NCBI GenBank assembly: GCA_041659525.1 | Contig: JBAZYC010000001.1 | Location: 321,775-385,774, forward strand | Length of the DNA: 64,000 nt | Direction: 5' to 3' | From: an archaeon | GTDB taxonomy: Archaea; Iainarchaeota; Iainarchaeia; Iainarchaeales; JAAZKV01 | Notes under the pieces: model-generated | Seen by the model: only the letters and a program-made list of their open reading frames with translations | Databases searched by the model: none | What the model was told of the DNA's origin: nothing | Translations under genes and position numbers: made by a program | Part shown: piece after piece, positions 18,637 to 29,206 of the stretch | Layout of the letters: each line of letters opens with the position of its first letter | How positions within the stretch are numbered: the first letter of the stretch is position 1

Positions 18637-21270
18637 CTACTTGGCGGCTCTGTCTTTCATTTTCTTGTATTCTTCTTTTACATCAATTGCGATTCCGCCC
18701 TTAGTATTCATTGGGAATACTCCGTCTTCACCGTATTGGTATTGGATTAGCATGTTTGATGCTGTTCTAACTGTTCCATCAGGAGCAGCCACCAAATCTT
18801 TTAGTGAATTCGCTAGTCTTCTGTATAAGTACCCTGATACTTTTGTCGATACACCTGTATCAACTTCTCCCTGTCTTCCACCCATTGAGTGGTAGAAGTA
18901 TTCTTTCGCGTTCATTCCTTCAAGGAAATTTGACTTAATGAATCCGCCTGCAAGTAATCCTACATCTCCTTTTTCATTTGATGTGATTAATCTCTTTGCA
19001 AATCCTTTTTTAGGTCTTCCTTCACGAACACTCGCTTGACCCCAAAATCCAGCTATGTTCATCAAGTTGATTGAACTTCCTCTTGATTTTGCTAAGATCA
19101 TTGAAATTGTGTTTAGTATTATTTCTTCGCCGATAACGTAGTGCAACTTTTCTTTTAGAATTGCTTTTTCTACTTTGTCTTTTACTTCTGAACCTAATCT
19201 TACCATGTATAACTCAAATGATTCGCTTAGTGTTCTTCCCGGAATTACTTCTAGTGTTCCTTTTTCGTACGATTCAACTAGTGCTTCTCCTTTCTTCATT
19301 GCTTCAGCGATTACTTTTTTCTTTAAATCTTCAATTTCTTCGCTTACTTCATATTCTGCTAGTGAAGCTGTCATTCCTTTTTCTGTTAAAATGAATGCTG
19401 TAATTCTGTTTACTCCTCTGTAGAAGTCTTCGATTACATTGCTTGGATATTCTCTTGCGATTGTGTCAACTAATTTTCCTTTTCCTTCGCTTAGTGCGCT
19501 TGAGTCAATTACTCCGCTCACGAGTTGTCCGTTAACAATTTTTACTTTCTCCATTATTGCTGAAATTATTGGTGAATCGCTTTGTGTGTATCCTGCTTCT
19601 TTGAATACTTTGCTTGTGTATGATTCAAATTCAATATTCAAATCTTTTGGAAGTATTTGTGAGAAAATTAATCTTCCTGAGTATAATTTTCCTTTATCGG
19701 CTTTAGGCATATCAGTTACTCCAATTGAGTAGAGTAATCCCATTGCGTCTTGTTTTGAAAATGATGTTTGTGGCATTGTTAGTGTGAAGCATCCACTTAC
19801 TCCATCTTCCTTTGGAGCAATTACTGGTGCACCAAATCTTGGAGAAATTATTTGGTCTCTTACAAGCATTAGTTTTTTTGCTTCTGCTTTTCCTTCTTCT
19901 GTTTGTGGAACGTGACAGTTCATTTCATCCCCATCAAAGTCCGCGTTGTAGGGTGGACAAACGATTGGGTTTATTCTGAAAACCTTTCCAGGCATTATTC
20001 TTGCTCTATGTGCCATCATTGATATTCTGTGTAGTGATGGTTGTCTATTGAATAAAACAATGTCTCCGTTTTGTAAGTTTCTTTCTATTCTGTATCCAAT
20101 ATCAACTTCTTTTGCGATTTCTTCTCTATTTTCTACACTTACTTTTCTTCTTGTTCCGTTTGGTCTTATCACGTAAACTGGCTTATCGCTTTTTTCAACC
20201 ATTTTCTTTACTGTATCTAAGTTCCATTCTGTAACAAATTCTGGTACAGTTAATTCTTTTGCTGCTTCTTCAGGAACTCCAAGTTCTGAAATATCTAAAT
20301 ATGGATCAGGAACAATGATGGATCTTGCTGCGTGGTTAACTCTTTTTCCTGTTAAGTTGTATCTGAATCTTCCTTTCTTTCCTTTTAATCTTTGTATAAT
20401 TGTTCTTAATGGTCTTCCACTTCTGTGTTTTGCTGGTGGAACTCCTGCTGTGTTGTTATCAAAGTAAGTTGTTGTGTGGTATTGTAGTAAGTCCCACAAA
20501 TCTTCGATGATTAATTGTGGAGCACCTGCTTCCAAATTGTCTTTTAGTCTGTTGTTGATTCTAATTATATCAACTAATTTGTGTGTTAAATCATCTTCAG
20601 ATTTTATTCCGCTTTCAAGTGTAATACTTGGTCTGATTGTGATTGGCGGTACTTGCAGTACAGTTAGAACAAACCATTGGGGTTTGATTCTATTTGTATC
20701 GTAACCCATTAAGTGTAAGTGGTCTTCTGGAATTTTTTCCATCCATTCTCTTATTGCTGCTGGGTAAATTCTTTCTTTATTATAAAAGAAATTTGTTGGC
20801 TTATCAAGAACAGTTTTGAATACTGCTGCGTTACAGTGTGGGCATTTCTTTGCGTTCTTTGCTTTTAGTAAAATTCTTTTTGTGTATTCAACTACTTTTC
20901 CTTTACTAGCGTCTTGTAATTTTTTTATTTGTTCATCAGCTAATAACATGTGTCCGCAATCTTTGCAAGTACAATTCATTAATAGTTCAATTCTTCTTCC
21001 AAATTCTGAGTGGATAACAGGTCTTTCCATTTCTAAGTGTCCGAAGTGTCCTGAACAATTCTTCATTGTTTGTCCGCATGTTTTACATTTTATTCCAGGG
21101 TTAATAACACCTAAGTGTGGGTCCATTAATCCTCCTTCCATTGGGTAGCCGTCTTTATCGTATGTTTCAGGAGTCTTAATTTCTATTGAACTCATTTTTC
21201 TAACAAGTTCAGGATTTATGAAATTGAATTCTATGCTTCCAATTTTTTTCATTATCATATTCCACACCAA
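18637..21270 (-). CDS. rpoA1: DNA-directed RNA polymerase subunit A'
   Basis: 877-aa ORF with a zinc-binding N-terminus (CKTCGQTMKNCSGHFGH), the catalytic NADFDGDEMN and LFNRQPSLHR. Confidence 0.96.
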   Translation of the reverse strand: MVWNMIMKKIGSIEFNFINPELVRKMSSIEIKTPETYDKDGYPMEGGLMDPHLGVINPGIKCKTCGQTMKNCSGHFGHLEMERPVIHSEFGRRIELLMNCTCKDCGHMLLADEQIKKLQDASKGKVVEYTKRILLKAKNAKKCPHCNAAVFKTVLDKPTNFFYNKERIYPAAIREWMEKIPEDHLHLMGYDTNRIKPQWFVLTVLQVPPITIRPSITLESGIKSEDDLTHKLVDIIRINNRLKDNLEAGAPQLIIEDLWDLLQYHTTTYFDNNTAGVPPAKHRSGRPLRTIIQRLKGKKGRFRYNLTGKRVNHAARSIIVPDPYLDISELGVPEEAAKELTVPEFVTEWNLDTVKKMVEKSDKPVYVIRPNGTRRKVSVENREEIAKEVDIGYRIERNLQNGDIVLFNRQPSLHRISMMAHRARIMPGKVFRINPIVCPPYNADFDGDEMNCHVPQTEEGKAEAKKLMLVRDQIISPRFGAPVIAPKEDGVSGCFTLTMPQTSFSKQDAMGLLYSIGVTDMPKADKGKLYSGRLIFSQILPKDLNIEFESYTSKVFKEAGYTQSDSPIISAIMEKVKIVNGQLVSGVIDSSALSEGKGKLVDTIAREYPSNVIEDFYRGVNRITAFILTEKGMTASLAEYEVSEEIEDLKKKVIAEAMKKGEALVESYEKGTLEVIPGRTLSESFELYMVRLGSEVKDKVEKAILKEKLHYVIGEEIILNTISMILAKSRGSSINLMNIAGFWGQASVREGRPKKGFAKRLITSNEKGDVGLLAGGFIKSNFLEGMNAKEYFYHSMGGRQGEVDTGVSTKVSGYLYRRLANSLKDLVAAPDGTVRTASNMLIQYQYGEDGVFPMNTKGGIAIDVKEEYKKMKDRAAK

Positions 21271-21354
21271 CCTATTTCTTTTTTTGCTACCTTAAAATAT
21301 CATTTTATTTTTTTCATTTTTTCCATTTTATTTTATTTATACTTTGCCTGCAAA

Positions 21355-23169
21355 TCACACTTTGTCAACTAGGTTTATTTTTGCTAATATTCCTAGTGCT
21401 TTTAATTCTTCGATTAACAATTTGAACCCGTAGGACATTTCTACTGGATAAACTGCTGTGCTCTTACAAAGTGGGCAGTATCTTTTGTGTCTAATCTCAT
21501 CGTTAACTGCAATTACTCCGCATTTCTCGCAGACTAGTTCAACTGTTTTGTCCGAGTCTTCAAGTAATTTTTCGTGTAGTAGCATTGCTGCTCCGTGTCC
21601 TACTAATGTTTCGCCTTCCATTTCTCCAAATCTTAATCCGCCCTCTTTTTCTTTTCCTTCAGTTGGCTGTCTTGTTAAAACTTGTACTGGTCCGCGTGCT
21701 CTTGCTTGTAATTTGTTTGCTACAACGTGGTACAACTTTTGTGTTGCAATTACACCTGTAAATATTTCTCCTTCAAGTCTTCTACCGCTTATTCCGTCGT
21801 AGAAAGTTTCCATTCCGTCTCCTCTAAATCCATTTGCTCTTAGAGTTTCTTCTAATTCTAATAATGGAGTTGCTGAGAATGGTGTTCCGTCAATTATTTT
21901 TCCGCTTGCTGCTCCTGCTTTTCCACCTAACATTTCTAGTAAGTGCCCCATAGTCATTCTTGATGGGATTGAGTGCGGATTAATTATCAAATCAGGTTTT
22001 ATTCCGTCAATTGAAAAAGGCATATCTTCTTCGGGAACGATTGCTGCTACTACTCCTTTTTGTCCGTGTCTTGAAGCAATTTTGTCTCCAACTGCAGGGA
22101 TTAATGGTGTTCTAATTTTTACTTTCACAAGTCTTGAACCATCTTCTGCTTCAGTCATCATGATTGTGTCTACGTAACCTGGTTTTCCTTTTCTAATTGT
22201 CATTGAAGCGTCTCTTCTTTTTTCTTCATCAACACCGAAGTCAGTCATTTCTTCAAAGAATCTTGGTGGAGAAGTTTTTCCTATAATTGCTTCTTCTTCT
22301 CCAACGTGTTGTTCTAGTTGAATTATTCCGTCAGCACCAAGTTTTTTGTAATTACTCTCTTCAACGAATCCAACTTTTTCTTCTGTTGGTATTTCGAATC
22401 TATCTCTTTGTCCACCTGGATATCTTTGTTCAATTGTTTCGTAATTTCTAAAGTAAGCAGCTCTTCCAAGTCCTCTATCTATTGCTCCTTGGTTTAAAAT
22501 TATTGCATCCATTGTGTTTACTCCATAGTAAGGCATAATTGCTACTACAAAGTTTTGTGATTGTGGTCTCTTATCAAGTTCAATTAAATCCATTGTTCTT
22601 GTTTTTACTAAATTCTTTTCTGGATAGTATAGTAAGTATCCTTCTGTGTCGTGTCTTATTTTGTAGTTAATTGCTCCAATTCCCATAGCTTGTTTGAACA
22701 TTTTTGCTCCGTGAAGAGCTTTTCCTGCCATGTTGTGATTAACATATGGAATTAAACTTGAGATTACACTTAGTGTTGCTGCTCCGTCAATTTCCATGTG
22801 AGTGTGGTTCTTTGTTATTTGTGATTCGTCTTGTGCAACTAAAGCGTTTTCTTCTTCTTCAGAATCAAGGTAATCAATTACTCCAATTTCTAGTAATTGG
22901 TTGAAAGTTAATTTTCCTTCTATTACTTGTTTCTTCATTTCTGGAGTGTAAGTACTTTTTCCGTTTTTTATTACAATTACAGGTCTTTGTAATCTTCCTG
23001 CATCAGTATTCAAGTAGATTTCGTTTGTGTCTTTGTGGAAAGATACATTCATTTGTTTTGGCAACTTGTTTTGTCTTCTTGCTTCAACGATTGTTTCTGT
23101 TAATTCGTCAGGTTTTTCGTGGAACCCAATTAATCTTCCGTTGATGTAAACTTTTGCTATTGCTGCCAT
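21355..23169 (-). CDS. rpoB1: DNA-directed RNA polymerase subunit B' (C-terminal half of split B)
   Basis: 604-aa ORF with SRHGQKGV, RFGEMEGETL and the C-terminal Zn ribbon CEKCG...CPLCK. Confidence 0.95.
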   Translation of the reverse strand: MAAIAKVYINGRLIGFHEKPDELTETIVEARRQNKLPKQMNVSFHKDTNEIYLNTDAGRLQRPVIVIKNGKSTYTPEMKKQVIEGKLTFNQLLEIGVIDYLDSEEEENALVAQDESQITKNHTHMEIDGAATLSVISSLIPYVNHNMAGKALHGAKMFKQAMGIGAINYKIRHDTEGYLLYYPEKNLVKTRTMDLIELDKRPQSQNFVVAIMPYYGVNTMDAIILNQGAIDRGLGRAAYFRNYETIEQRYPGGQRDRFEIPTEEKVGFVEESNYKKLGADGIIQLEQHVGEEEAIIGKTSPPRFFEEMTDFGVDEEKRRDASMTIRKGKPGYVDTIMMTEAEDGSRLVKVKIRTPLIPAVGDKIASRHGQKGVVAAIVPEEDMPFSIDGIKPDLIINPHSIPSRMTMGHLLEMLGGKAGAASGKIIDGTPFSATPLLELEETLRANGFRGDGMETFYDGISGRRLEGEIFTGVIATQKLYHVVANKLQARARGPVQVLTRQPTEGKEKEGGLRFGEMEGETLVGHGAAMLLHEKLLEDSDKTVELVCEKCGVIAVNDEIRHKRYCPLCKSTAVYPVEMSYGFKLLIEELKALGILAKINLVDKV

Positions 23170-23226
23170 ACAAATCCACCCACAAATTTTATTCTCATTT
23201 CTTTTTTTTCATTTTCAAAAATTAAT

Positions 23227-24699
23227 TTACAATTTCTTTAGTCTTACTCCTTGTTTGTGTAAGAAATCTTCAACAGGGTTTTCGTCTGAATCTGTTGTTA
23301 CTTCGCTCATGAAGCAAAGATTTTTTACCAGTCCACATTGTGGTCCATCTGGAGTTTCTATTGGGTCAAGTCTTCCCCAGTGTGTACCGTGTACATCACG
23401 TGCTTCGTATAATTCTCTTGTTTTTGATAATTGTGATTTTACTTTTCTCATATCAGTTAATGGAGCTAAGTAATTTACTCTGTCCATGAACTTTGCTACA
23501 CCAGTACTTCTTCCAATCCAGTTTCCTGTGCTCATTGCGAATTTGATTCTTTCGCTTACGGCACCTGGTCTTACGATTGTAGAAATATTTAATTTTCTTC
23601 TTCTTGTAACTGTTCTATCAATTTGGAATCTAATATCTTTTATGAAGTACTTGAATGAGTATCTGAATAAGTGCTCCATTAATTTTCCTGATAATTCTAG
23701 TCTCTTGTTTGTGTAATGATCCTTATCATCTTTTCCTCTTAATCTGTAAGCTCTTTCAACAGCTTTTGTTGCCATCATTGAAAGGTAATATGCTTTTGCA
23801 AGTCTTGCTGGTTCGTCTTGACCAATGTGTGGTAGTAAGAATCCATCTATTACTTCTCTTGCTCTTCTTAATCTATAATCAATTACTTGACCTGGTGCAA
23901 CGAATTTACCAATCTTATCAAGTGCTTCTTCTTCAGTATTAATTTCGCATTCTTCCCAGTTTAGTAATAAATCGTTTTGTATTTCTTTTTCTTCAGGGAA
24001 AGCATCGAAAATATCTTTCTTTGTTTTTAGTCCTAGTGCTTTGAATAATGCAAATAAAGGTAATTTCTTTGGACTTGTTGGGAAAGATGCGTAAAGCATT
24101 CCTTCAGGAGATCTAAGTAATCTTACTCTTCCTTTGAAAGCTCCTTTAGTTGAAATTACTTCTGACACAACTCCTTTTTCTCCTTCAGAAATTAATACTC
24201 TATCTGAAGCTAATACTTCTTGTGTCATTAGTGCTTTTTCGCTTCCGTTAATAATAAAATATCCACCAAAATCTTTTGGATCTTCACTCATTTCAATTAG
24301 TTCTTCAGGAGATTTTCCTGCTAACCAGCATAAATTAGATTTAGTCATTATTGGTAAGTCTCCAATATATGTTCTTCTTGCGTCTTGTTCAACATCTCTT
24401 CTATAAAGTCTCATAGTTAAGAAAATTGGTCCAGCATAAGTTCTGTTTCTTAGTCTTGCTTCCATTGGAGTAAATTCTTCTCTTGGAGATCCATCTGCTT
24501 CAATTATTTTTGGTTTTTCAACTTCAATATTAGATAATTCAATTCTTACTTCTTCAATTTTTGGAACAATTAGAGCGTTTTCTTGTACGATGTCGTTTAA
24601 TTTTTGGTCAACAAATTGGTTGAATGAATCAACTTCCATTTGCGCAATACTTTTGTTTCTAAAATAAGAATCAATTAGTTCCCATGACATTTTGCTCAC
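23227..24699 (-). CDS. rpoB2: DNA-directed RNA polymerase subunit B'' (N-terminal half of split B)
   Basis: 490-aa ORF (SFNQFV..., GGYFIINGSEK, HWGRLDPIETPDGPQCGLVKNL) immediately upstream of B'. Confidence 0.95.
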   Translation of the reverse strand: MSKMSWELIDSYFRNKSIAQMEVDSFNQFVDQKLNDIVQENALIVPKIEEVRIELSNIEVEKPKIIEADGSPREEFTPMEARLRNRTYAGPIFLTMRLYRRDVEQDARRTYIGDLPIMTKSNLCWLAGKSPEELIEMSEDPKDFGGYFIINGSEKALMTQEVLASDRVLISEGEKGVVSEVISTKGAFKGRVRLLRSPEGMLYASFPTSPKKLPLFALFKALGLKTKKDIFDAFPEEKEIQNDLLLNWEECEINTEEEALDKIGKFVAPGQVIDYRLRRAREVIDGFLLPHIGQDEPARLAKAYYLSMMATKAVERAYRLRGKDDKDHYTNKRLELSGKLMEHLFRYSFKYFIKDIRFQIDRTVTRRRKLNISTIVRPGAVSERIKFAMSTGNWIGRSTGVAKFMDRVNYLAPLTDMRKVKSQLSKTRELYEARDVHGTHWGRLDPIETPDGPQCGLVKNLCFMSEVTTDSDENPVEDFLHKQGVRLKKL

Positions 24700-24757
24700 C
24701 CTCTTGCTCCTACTAACTAAATATTTTTCAGCCTTTTGGCTGGATTAAAAATAATTT

Positions 24758-25000
24758 TTATACTACTCTTCTGTAGTAAACGCTTTGTCCTGCTGTTATA
24801 GAATCTCTGATTATTTTTACTACATCCCCTTTTTCAGGTGAGAGTAATTTAATTGAAGGATCTGCTTTATCTATTCTTGGCAAAGCCTCTTTTTTTACCC
24901 CAAGTTCTGCCATTAGTTCGGCAACTTTTTCTTTTCTAATCAAGAATTGTTCAGGTACTAAATAGTGTCGTTTTTCATCAGCCAATAAACCACCAGGCAA
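24758..25000 (-). CDS. rpoH: DNA-directed RNA polymerase subunit H (Rpo5)
   Basis: 80-aa ORF (HYLVPEQFLIRKEKVAEL...DPSIKLL...GDVVKIIRDS...YYRRVV) heading the rpo operon. No in-frame ATG lies near the 5' end, so the start is TTG at 25000 or another non-ATG codon. Confidence 0.8.
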   Translation of the reverse strand: MPGGLLADEKRHYLVPEQFLIRKEKVAELMAELGVKKEALPRIDKADPSIKLLSPEKGDVVKIIRDSITAGQSVYYRRVV

Positions 25001-25151
25001 ATAATTAGCGTTAAGAATATGCTGCTAGCAAGAAATGAAAAAATCATTCCACTGCAAAAACAACCATCATCAAAGCGCCACTAAGGTCCACGGGACCACT
25101 AATTATAGAAAATAGAATTGGAAAGCTTTAAAAGGATTGATGTAGGATTCG

Positions 25152-25189
25152 AAAAAAAAGAAAACGACCCCTCCAAGTGGGAAAGGTCG
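25152..25189 (-). terminator. Hairpin plus long T-tract after the 25204..25521 gene
   Basis: Stem cgacc...ggtcg (25165-25189), followed on the minus strand by TTTTCTTTTTTTTC. Confidence 0.55.
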
Positions 25190-25203
25190 GTTTTAAGTTA
25201 GAT

Positions 25204-25521
25204 TTACTTCCAGATTCCACCGATTAATGGCAATGGTTTCTTTGTTCCGCTTAATGCGTTTATTATGCACAAAACGTACAAAATTAGTGATCCTAATCCA
25301 ACTATTGGTATTAGTAAGAACCCTATCAACACTATCATTAATATTGCCGATATGAACATTCCTACGAATGCCGCTATTTCTAATACTATTATTTGCTTTG
25401 AGTAGAACGTTACATAGTCATCATCTTTTTTTACAAAGACAAAGATTAACGGAACTACTAAAGGAATTAATAGCGTAGATAGCACTGAAATTAATGCCAT
25501 CATTTTTGAATCTTGAGCCAT
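25204..25521 (-). CDS. Small membrane protein, DUF4870-like
   Basis: 105-aa ORF with 3 TM helices. Its layout (KKDDDYVTFYSKQ..., C-terminal INALSGTKKPLPLIG) resembles the DUF4870 family. Recognition is by eye. Confidence 0.45.
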   Translation of the reverse strand: MAQDSKMMALISVLSTLLIPLVVPLIFVFVKKDDDYVTFYSKQIIVLEIAAFVGMFISAILMIVLIGFLLIPIVGLGSLILYVLCIINALSGTKKPLPLIGGIWK

Positions 25522-25676
25522 AATTAACCCTCCTAGGTATTTCGTTGCATAAACAATGCAAATCCCAGTATTTAATAGTTTTGACTAGAGTTAGGGAAAA
25601 AAATTTTAATTATTTATTAATCTCAGGATATTTCATGCAATAATTTGCATAAAAAAATAATTTGGTTTTTTAAAAA

Positions 25677-27305
25677 TTATTTCCATTGATTTGTGCAAAA
25701 TAACCATTCATCAGTAAAAGAGTACTTTCTTGAAAGTTCAGTTCCTTCAATATCAATACTATTAGCATATTCAGTCCCAAAACCTTTGTCTTTAGTTACA
25801 TTTGGCCAAACAGCAATAGAACCCCTAATTTTTGGTTCTTCTAATCCACTCATAGAACCAAGGATTTCTTTATTTTTGTAATATAATCTATCATTCTGAG
25901 TTTCTTTCCAATAATAAATATTTTTTCCAGAGAGTTGGAATTTTTGGGAAGAAGAAATATTGTTTGCAACTACTTCCCCATTCAAAATTAAATCTCCGCG
26001 AAAACTGCTTTTATCAGCAGGATTTGTTCGTACATAAGAATAATTTCCATTTATTAAAAGTCCTGAATCAAACTTTGCTTCATCAAGCTTTTTTCCATTC
26101 AAATAAATGAACCATTCATCAGAAGTGTATGGAGTTCCACTATCAACAAGATAATCATCTCCAAACAAATGAACATTCAGTTCTATGTGAGTTGGTATTT
26201 CACCAATTAATTTACCATTATAGACTGATTGCTCTTTAGCAGTTGTAGAAAAAAGATTATTATTAACTAAAACGTTATTTGAAAAAGCAGAACGATTATT
26301 TGCAATTAATTTTCCATCTAAATAAAGTTCATCATAATTCCCATAAATAAATTTGTCCCCAAAAACAACTGCTTTAGGGTAACTCGTTGTAAATACTTTT
26401 GTTCCATTGTAAACTATATCATAAACCCGTTCGCCATCATCATAAGTCCCTGTTTCTTTAAATGCCCAATAATTATCCAAAAAAGTTCCAACCTTGTTAA
26501 ACCCCATATTAAAGATACAATCATTACCTGTTCCTTTTTCAAATTCATCAACTTTCTCCCCATTTTTATATAAAGTAAAGCAATAATTTGAATCAACATC
26601 ATCACTTGTATCTAATAATACAAAGTTTTTATGAATTCCTTCAATTCTTCCAATTCCTAATTCTTTATCATTGAAATAAACTCGGCTTATTTTATCTTCT
26701 TTAGTGCAAGAATAAACAATATTATCCCCCCACAACTCATAATCATAATATTTACAACTAGAAATTAGTACTTTTTCATTATAAATTATTTGAAACCCAT
26801 TATCTAATCTCCAAAAAACTACATTAGGCCCCCAGATTTCTGGATCTGAACCTTCACCAAAATCTTTTTTATTAAAAATAACGTGCTCTTTTCGAGAAAA
26901 ATTAGGATTATAAGTATCAACATCTTTCACGTAGACTATATTATCCCCAAACAAAGCAAGGTCTCTAAAAGGATTAACATATTTCCCAATTGTTTCATCA
27001 ATTACTTCGCCATCATAGTAAAGTGATTCCACTGTTTCCCCAGACTCATTTTTTGTTTCAGTGTTGTAAGCGTAATGTTCATCGCAAGAATAAACTGGTT
27101 GAGTTGAAGAGTCTTTTTTCCAATCAAAAAAGAAACCTTCACTAGAAATAGGTGGTTTATCAGTAGTTACTTCATTAGAATCCCAGCCTGACACAATAGG
27201 AGTGTTTGTATCCACTGTTTTTTTAGAAGAAGTACATCCAAAAAGCAATAAAACTAAAATTAGCAATAATAATCCTAAAACAATTTTTTTATTCAAAAAT
27301 ACCAC
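25677..27305 (-). CDS. Lipobox-containing secreted repeat protein (beta-propeller-like)
   Basis: 542-aa ORF with the signal LLLLILVLLLFGC-TSS. It has more than 8 degenerate repeats of Y-x-(N/D)-G-(K/E) and (F/W)GD(N/K)(I/F)(V/I)Y. Confidence 0.55.
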   Translation of the reverse strand: MVFLNKKIVLGLLLLILVLLLFGCTSSKKTVDTNTPIVSGWDSNEVTTDKPPISSEGFFFDWKKDSSTQPVYSCDEHYAYNTETKNESGETVESLYYDGEVIDETIGKYVNPFRDLALFGDNIVYVKDVDTYNPNFSRKEHVIFNKKDFGEGSDPEIWGPNVVFWRLDNGFQIIYNEKVLISSCKYYDYELWGDNIVYSCTKEDKISRVYFNDKELGIGRIEGIHKNFVLLDTSDDVDSNYCFTLYKNGEKVDEFEKGTGNDCIFNMGFNKVGTFLDNYWAFKETGTYDDGERVYDIVYNGTKVFTTSYPKAVVFGDKFIYGNYDELYLDGKLIANNRSAFSNNVLVNNNLFSTTAKEQSVYNGKLIGEIPTHIELNVHLFGDDYLVDSGTPYTSDEWFIYLNGKKLDEAKFDSGLLINGNYSYVRTNPADKSSFRGDLILNGEVVANNISSSQKFQLSGKNIYYWKETQNDRLYYKNKEILGSMSGLEEPKIRGSIAVWPNVTKDKGFGTEYANSIDIEGTELSRKYSFTDEWLFCTNQWK

Positions 27306-27407
27306 TTAGTAATCAAAGGGTTTCAAATTATATAAACTTAACTTTAAAGAAAACTCTACCGAAAATCATTTAATTAATTATGAAAAAGAGTTGCTTGAAT
27401 GGATTAA

Positions 27408-27941
27408 TTATTGTATTTGTATTTCTTTTTTTTCGTAAATATCAAATGTTCCTGCAAGATTAATTTTTGCCTCAATAAACCACTTTACTGGGTTTGGTTT
27501 CATACTAAAAAGGTTAATTGAAAGTCCTGTATTAAAGGAATTATTTTGTGTTTCTAATTGCTTCGCATTTTGAGGAACAATAAAAGAAAAGTTATATTCA
27601 GAGTTTGTCGCGGGCAGGTTTTGTTTATCTTTTAGCTTTTGAACATATTCATAAATTCGCACGACTTCATTTCGAGTATTACGAGGATTATTCTTTGTAG
27701 GAGCGCGAACTGTCCTTTTTTGTTCAGCAAATAAAGTAACATTAATTTCATTGCAATTAACTGGTTTAAGCAAGGTTAATGATAAACTACCTTCAACTTT
27801 TTCATTAGGAGAAAAAATTGTTTTAGGAATCAATACAGAAACACTTCCAGTACTTGAAAGTATTTTGTTTCTAATCAAAAAAAATACTATTGCAACAACT
27901 AAAAACACCGCTATTATTATACCAACTAACAACAAATCCAT
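27408..27941 (-). CDS. N-terminally anchored protein with beta-sandwich-like ectodomain (unknown function)
   Basis: 177-aa ORF with one N-terminal TM helix. The remainder (VSVLIPKTIFSPNEKVEGSLSLTLLKPVNCNEINVTLFAEQ) loosely resembles arrestin/Spo0M-type sandwiches. Confidence 0.4.
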   Translation of the reverse strand: MDLLLVGIIIAVFLVVAIVFFLIRNKILSSTGSVSVLIPKTIFSPNEKVEGSLSLTLLKPVNCNEINVTLFAEQKRTVRAPTKNNPRNTRNEVVRIYEYVQKLKDKQNLPATNSEYNFSFIVPQNAKQLETQNNSFNTGLSINLFSMKPNPVKWFIEAKINLAGTFDIYEKKEIQIQ

Positions 27942-28064
27942 ATTATCCCTTCAAAAGTAAATTAAATAGAATTTTGTTATTTTTAAACATTAGCATATAA
28001 CTAACTTTGTGCAAAAATAAGACTATTTCATTTTTTTCCATACCAATCAAAAGTTCATATAAAA

Positions 28065-29129
28065 TCAATTTTTCGAATAAGAAATTTTACAGGTTTTTGA
28101 TAATTCTTCTATTATTTTATCTTTGTCCGAACCCAAGTATAAAGTTATTCCTTGTGGGGCATCAGGATAATTATGCAAAAAAGATATTCCGCTAAAAGAA
28201 GATAACAATCCCTTGTTTTTGTAAACCACAATTTCTTTTAGGTTTTCTTTTGGAATATTAAACAAGACTGATTTGCCAAACAGAGATTGAAACCCTAATT
28301 GTATTTTATCACTACAAATAGTGAGTTGAAAAAATGGCCATGTGCCTGAACAAATAAAAGAAAGAAATAAAATCCAAAGCGGATCAGTATCAAAAAAACC
28401 TTTTTTTATAATGTTTTTTGCCACACCATCACAATAGCGGTAATCACAAATATACCCTCCTCCTTGGTATGTGCCTTTAAACTTTTCTTGTTCTTTTATA
28501 TTAAAATACAACTTAATGAAATCAACAACCCACGAAAAATCTTTTTCTTTTAATAATTTGTAAATAGCCCTATATTTTATGCGAGAAAACCAATGATAGG
28601 AAAATACTCCAGGCAATTTAATAACTTTTTCTTGGGGTACCGCTGAAAGAAAATCACAAAAAAGGATACTTATGGTAGTAAAACACAATGTTTTATCTTT
28701 ATAATAAAATATTTGATAAGTTTTATCAAAAAAAAATCTTGTTTCAATAACTTTTGCTATATTACTAATTGGTACTGAATAATTTTTAAATCCAAAAAAC
28801 TTCAGGTTGTCACCCTTAACTTTACAAAAAACCAAAGTACTATCAGACCACCAGTAAGGATCATAAATGTTAATAACGTTTGCAGTGCCAAAAATCATTT
28901 TGATAATTGGGTAAATTATAATTAATATCCCTAACAAAAAAGATATTAGAAAAAATAAAGGAGGAAAACTAACAAACATTATAATAAAAAAAAATGTCCA
29001 CAAAAATAGGGCAATAAACAATGCAAGTATTCCAAAAAGCAAATACAGTAAAGGATTATTAACTAATAAAAAAAATCTTGAATAAAATCCATCTGAACCT
29101 AATTTGTTTTTGGGTAACAAGTCACTCAT
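28065..29129 (-). CDS. Membrane protein (unknown function)
   Basis: 354-aa ORF with two or three N-terminal TM helices and one later hydrophobic segment. It is rich in Phe, Tyr and Lys. Confidence 0.45.
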   Translation of the reverse strand: MSDLLPKNKLGSDGFYSRFFLLVNNPLLYLLFGILALFIALFLWTFFFIIMFVSFPPLFFLISFLLGILIIIYPIIKMIFGTANVINIYDPYWWSDSTLVFCKVKGDNLKFFGFKNYSVPISNIAKVIETRFFFDKTYQIFYYKDKTLCFTTISILFCDFLSAVPQEKVIKLPGVFSYHWFSRIKYRAIYKLLKEKDFSWVVDFIKLYFNIKEQEKFKGTYQGGGYICDYRYCDGVAKNIIKKGFFDTDPLWILFLSFICSGTWPFFQLTICSDKIQLGFQSLFGKSVLFNIPKENLKEIVVYKNKGLLSSFSGISFLHNYPDAPQGITLYLGSDKDKIIEELSKTCKISYSKN

Positions 29130-29206
29130 ATAAACAACATGTTTTTGTTATTTATAAAAGTTGGCTCTTCTAAGGCTTTATAGAAATCCTTAGTCCGTAT
29201 TGATTT

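Noticed and set aside
25040-25120. Possible C/D-box sRNA upstream of rpoH (UGAUGA on the minus strand)
   Set aside because: I found no matching D box (CUGA), C' or D' box or terminal stem at the appropriate spacing.
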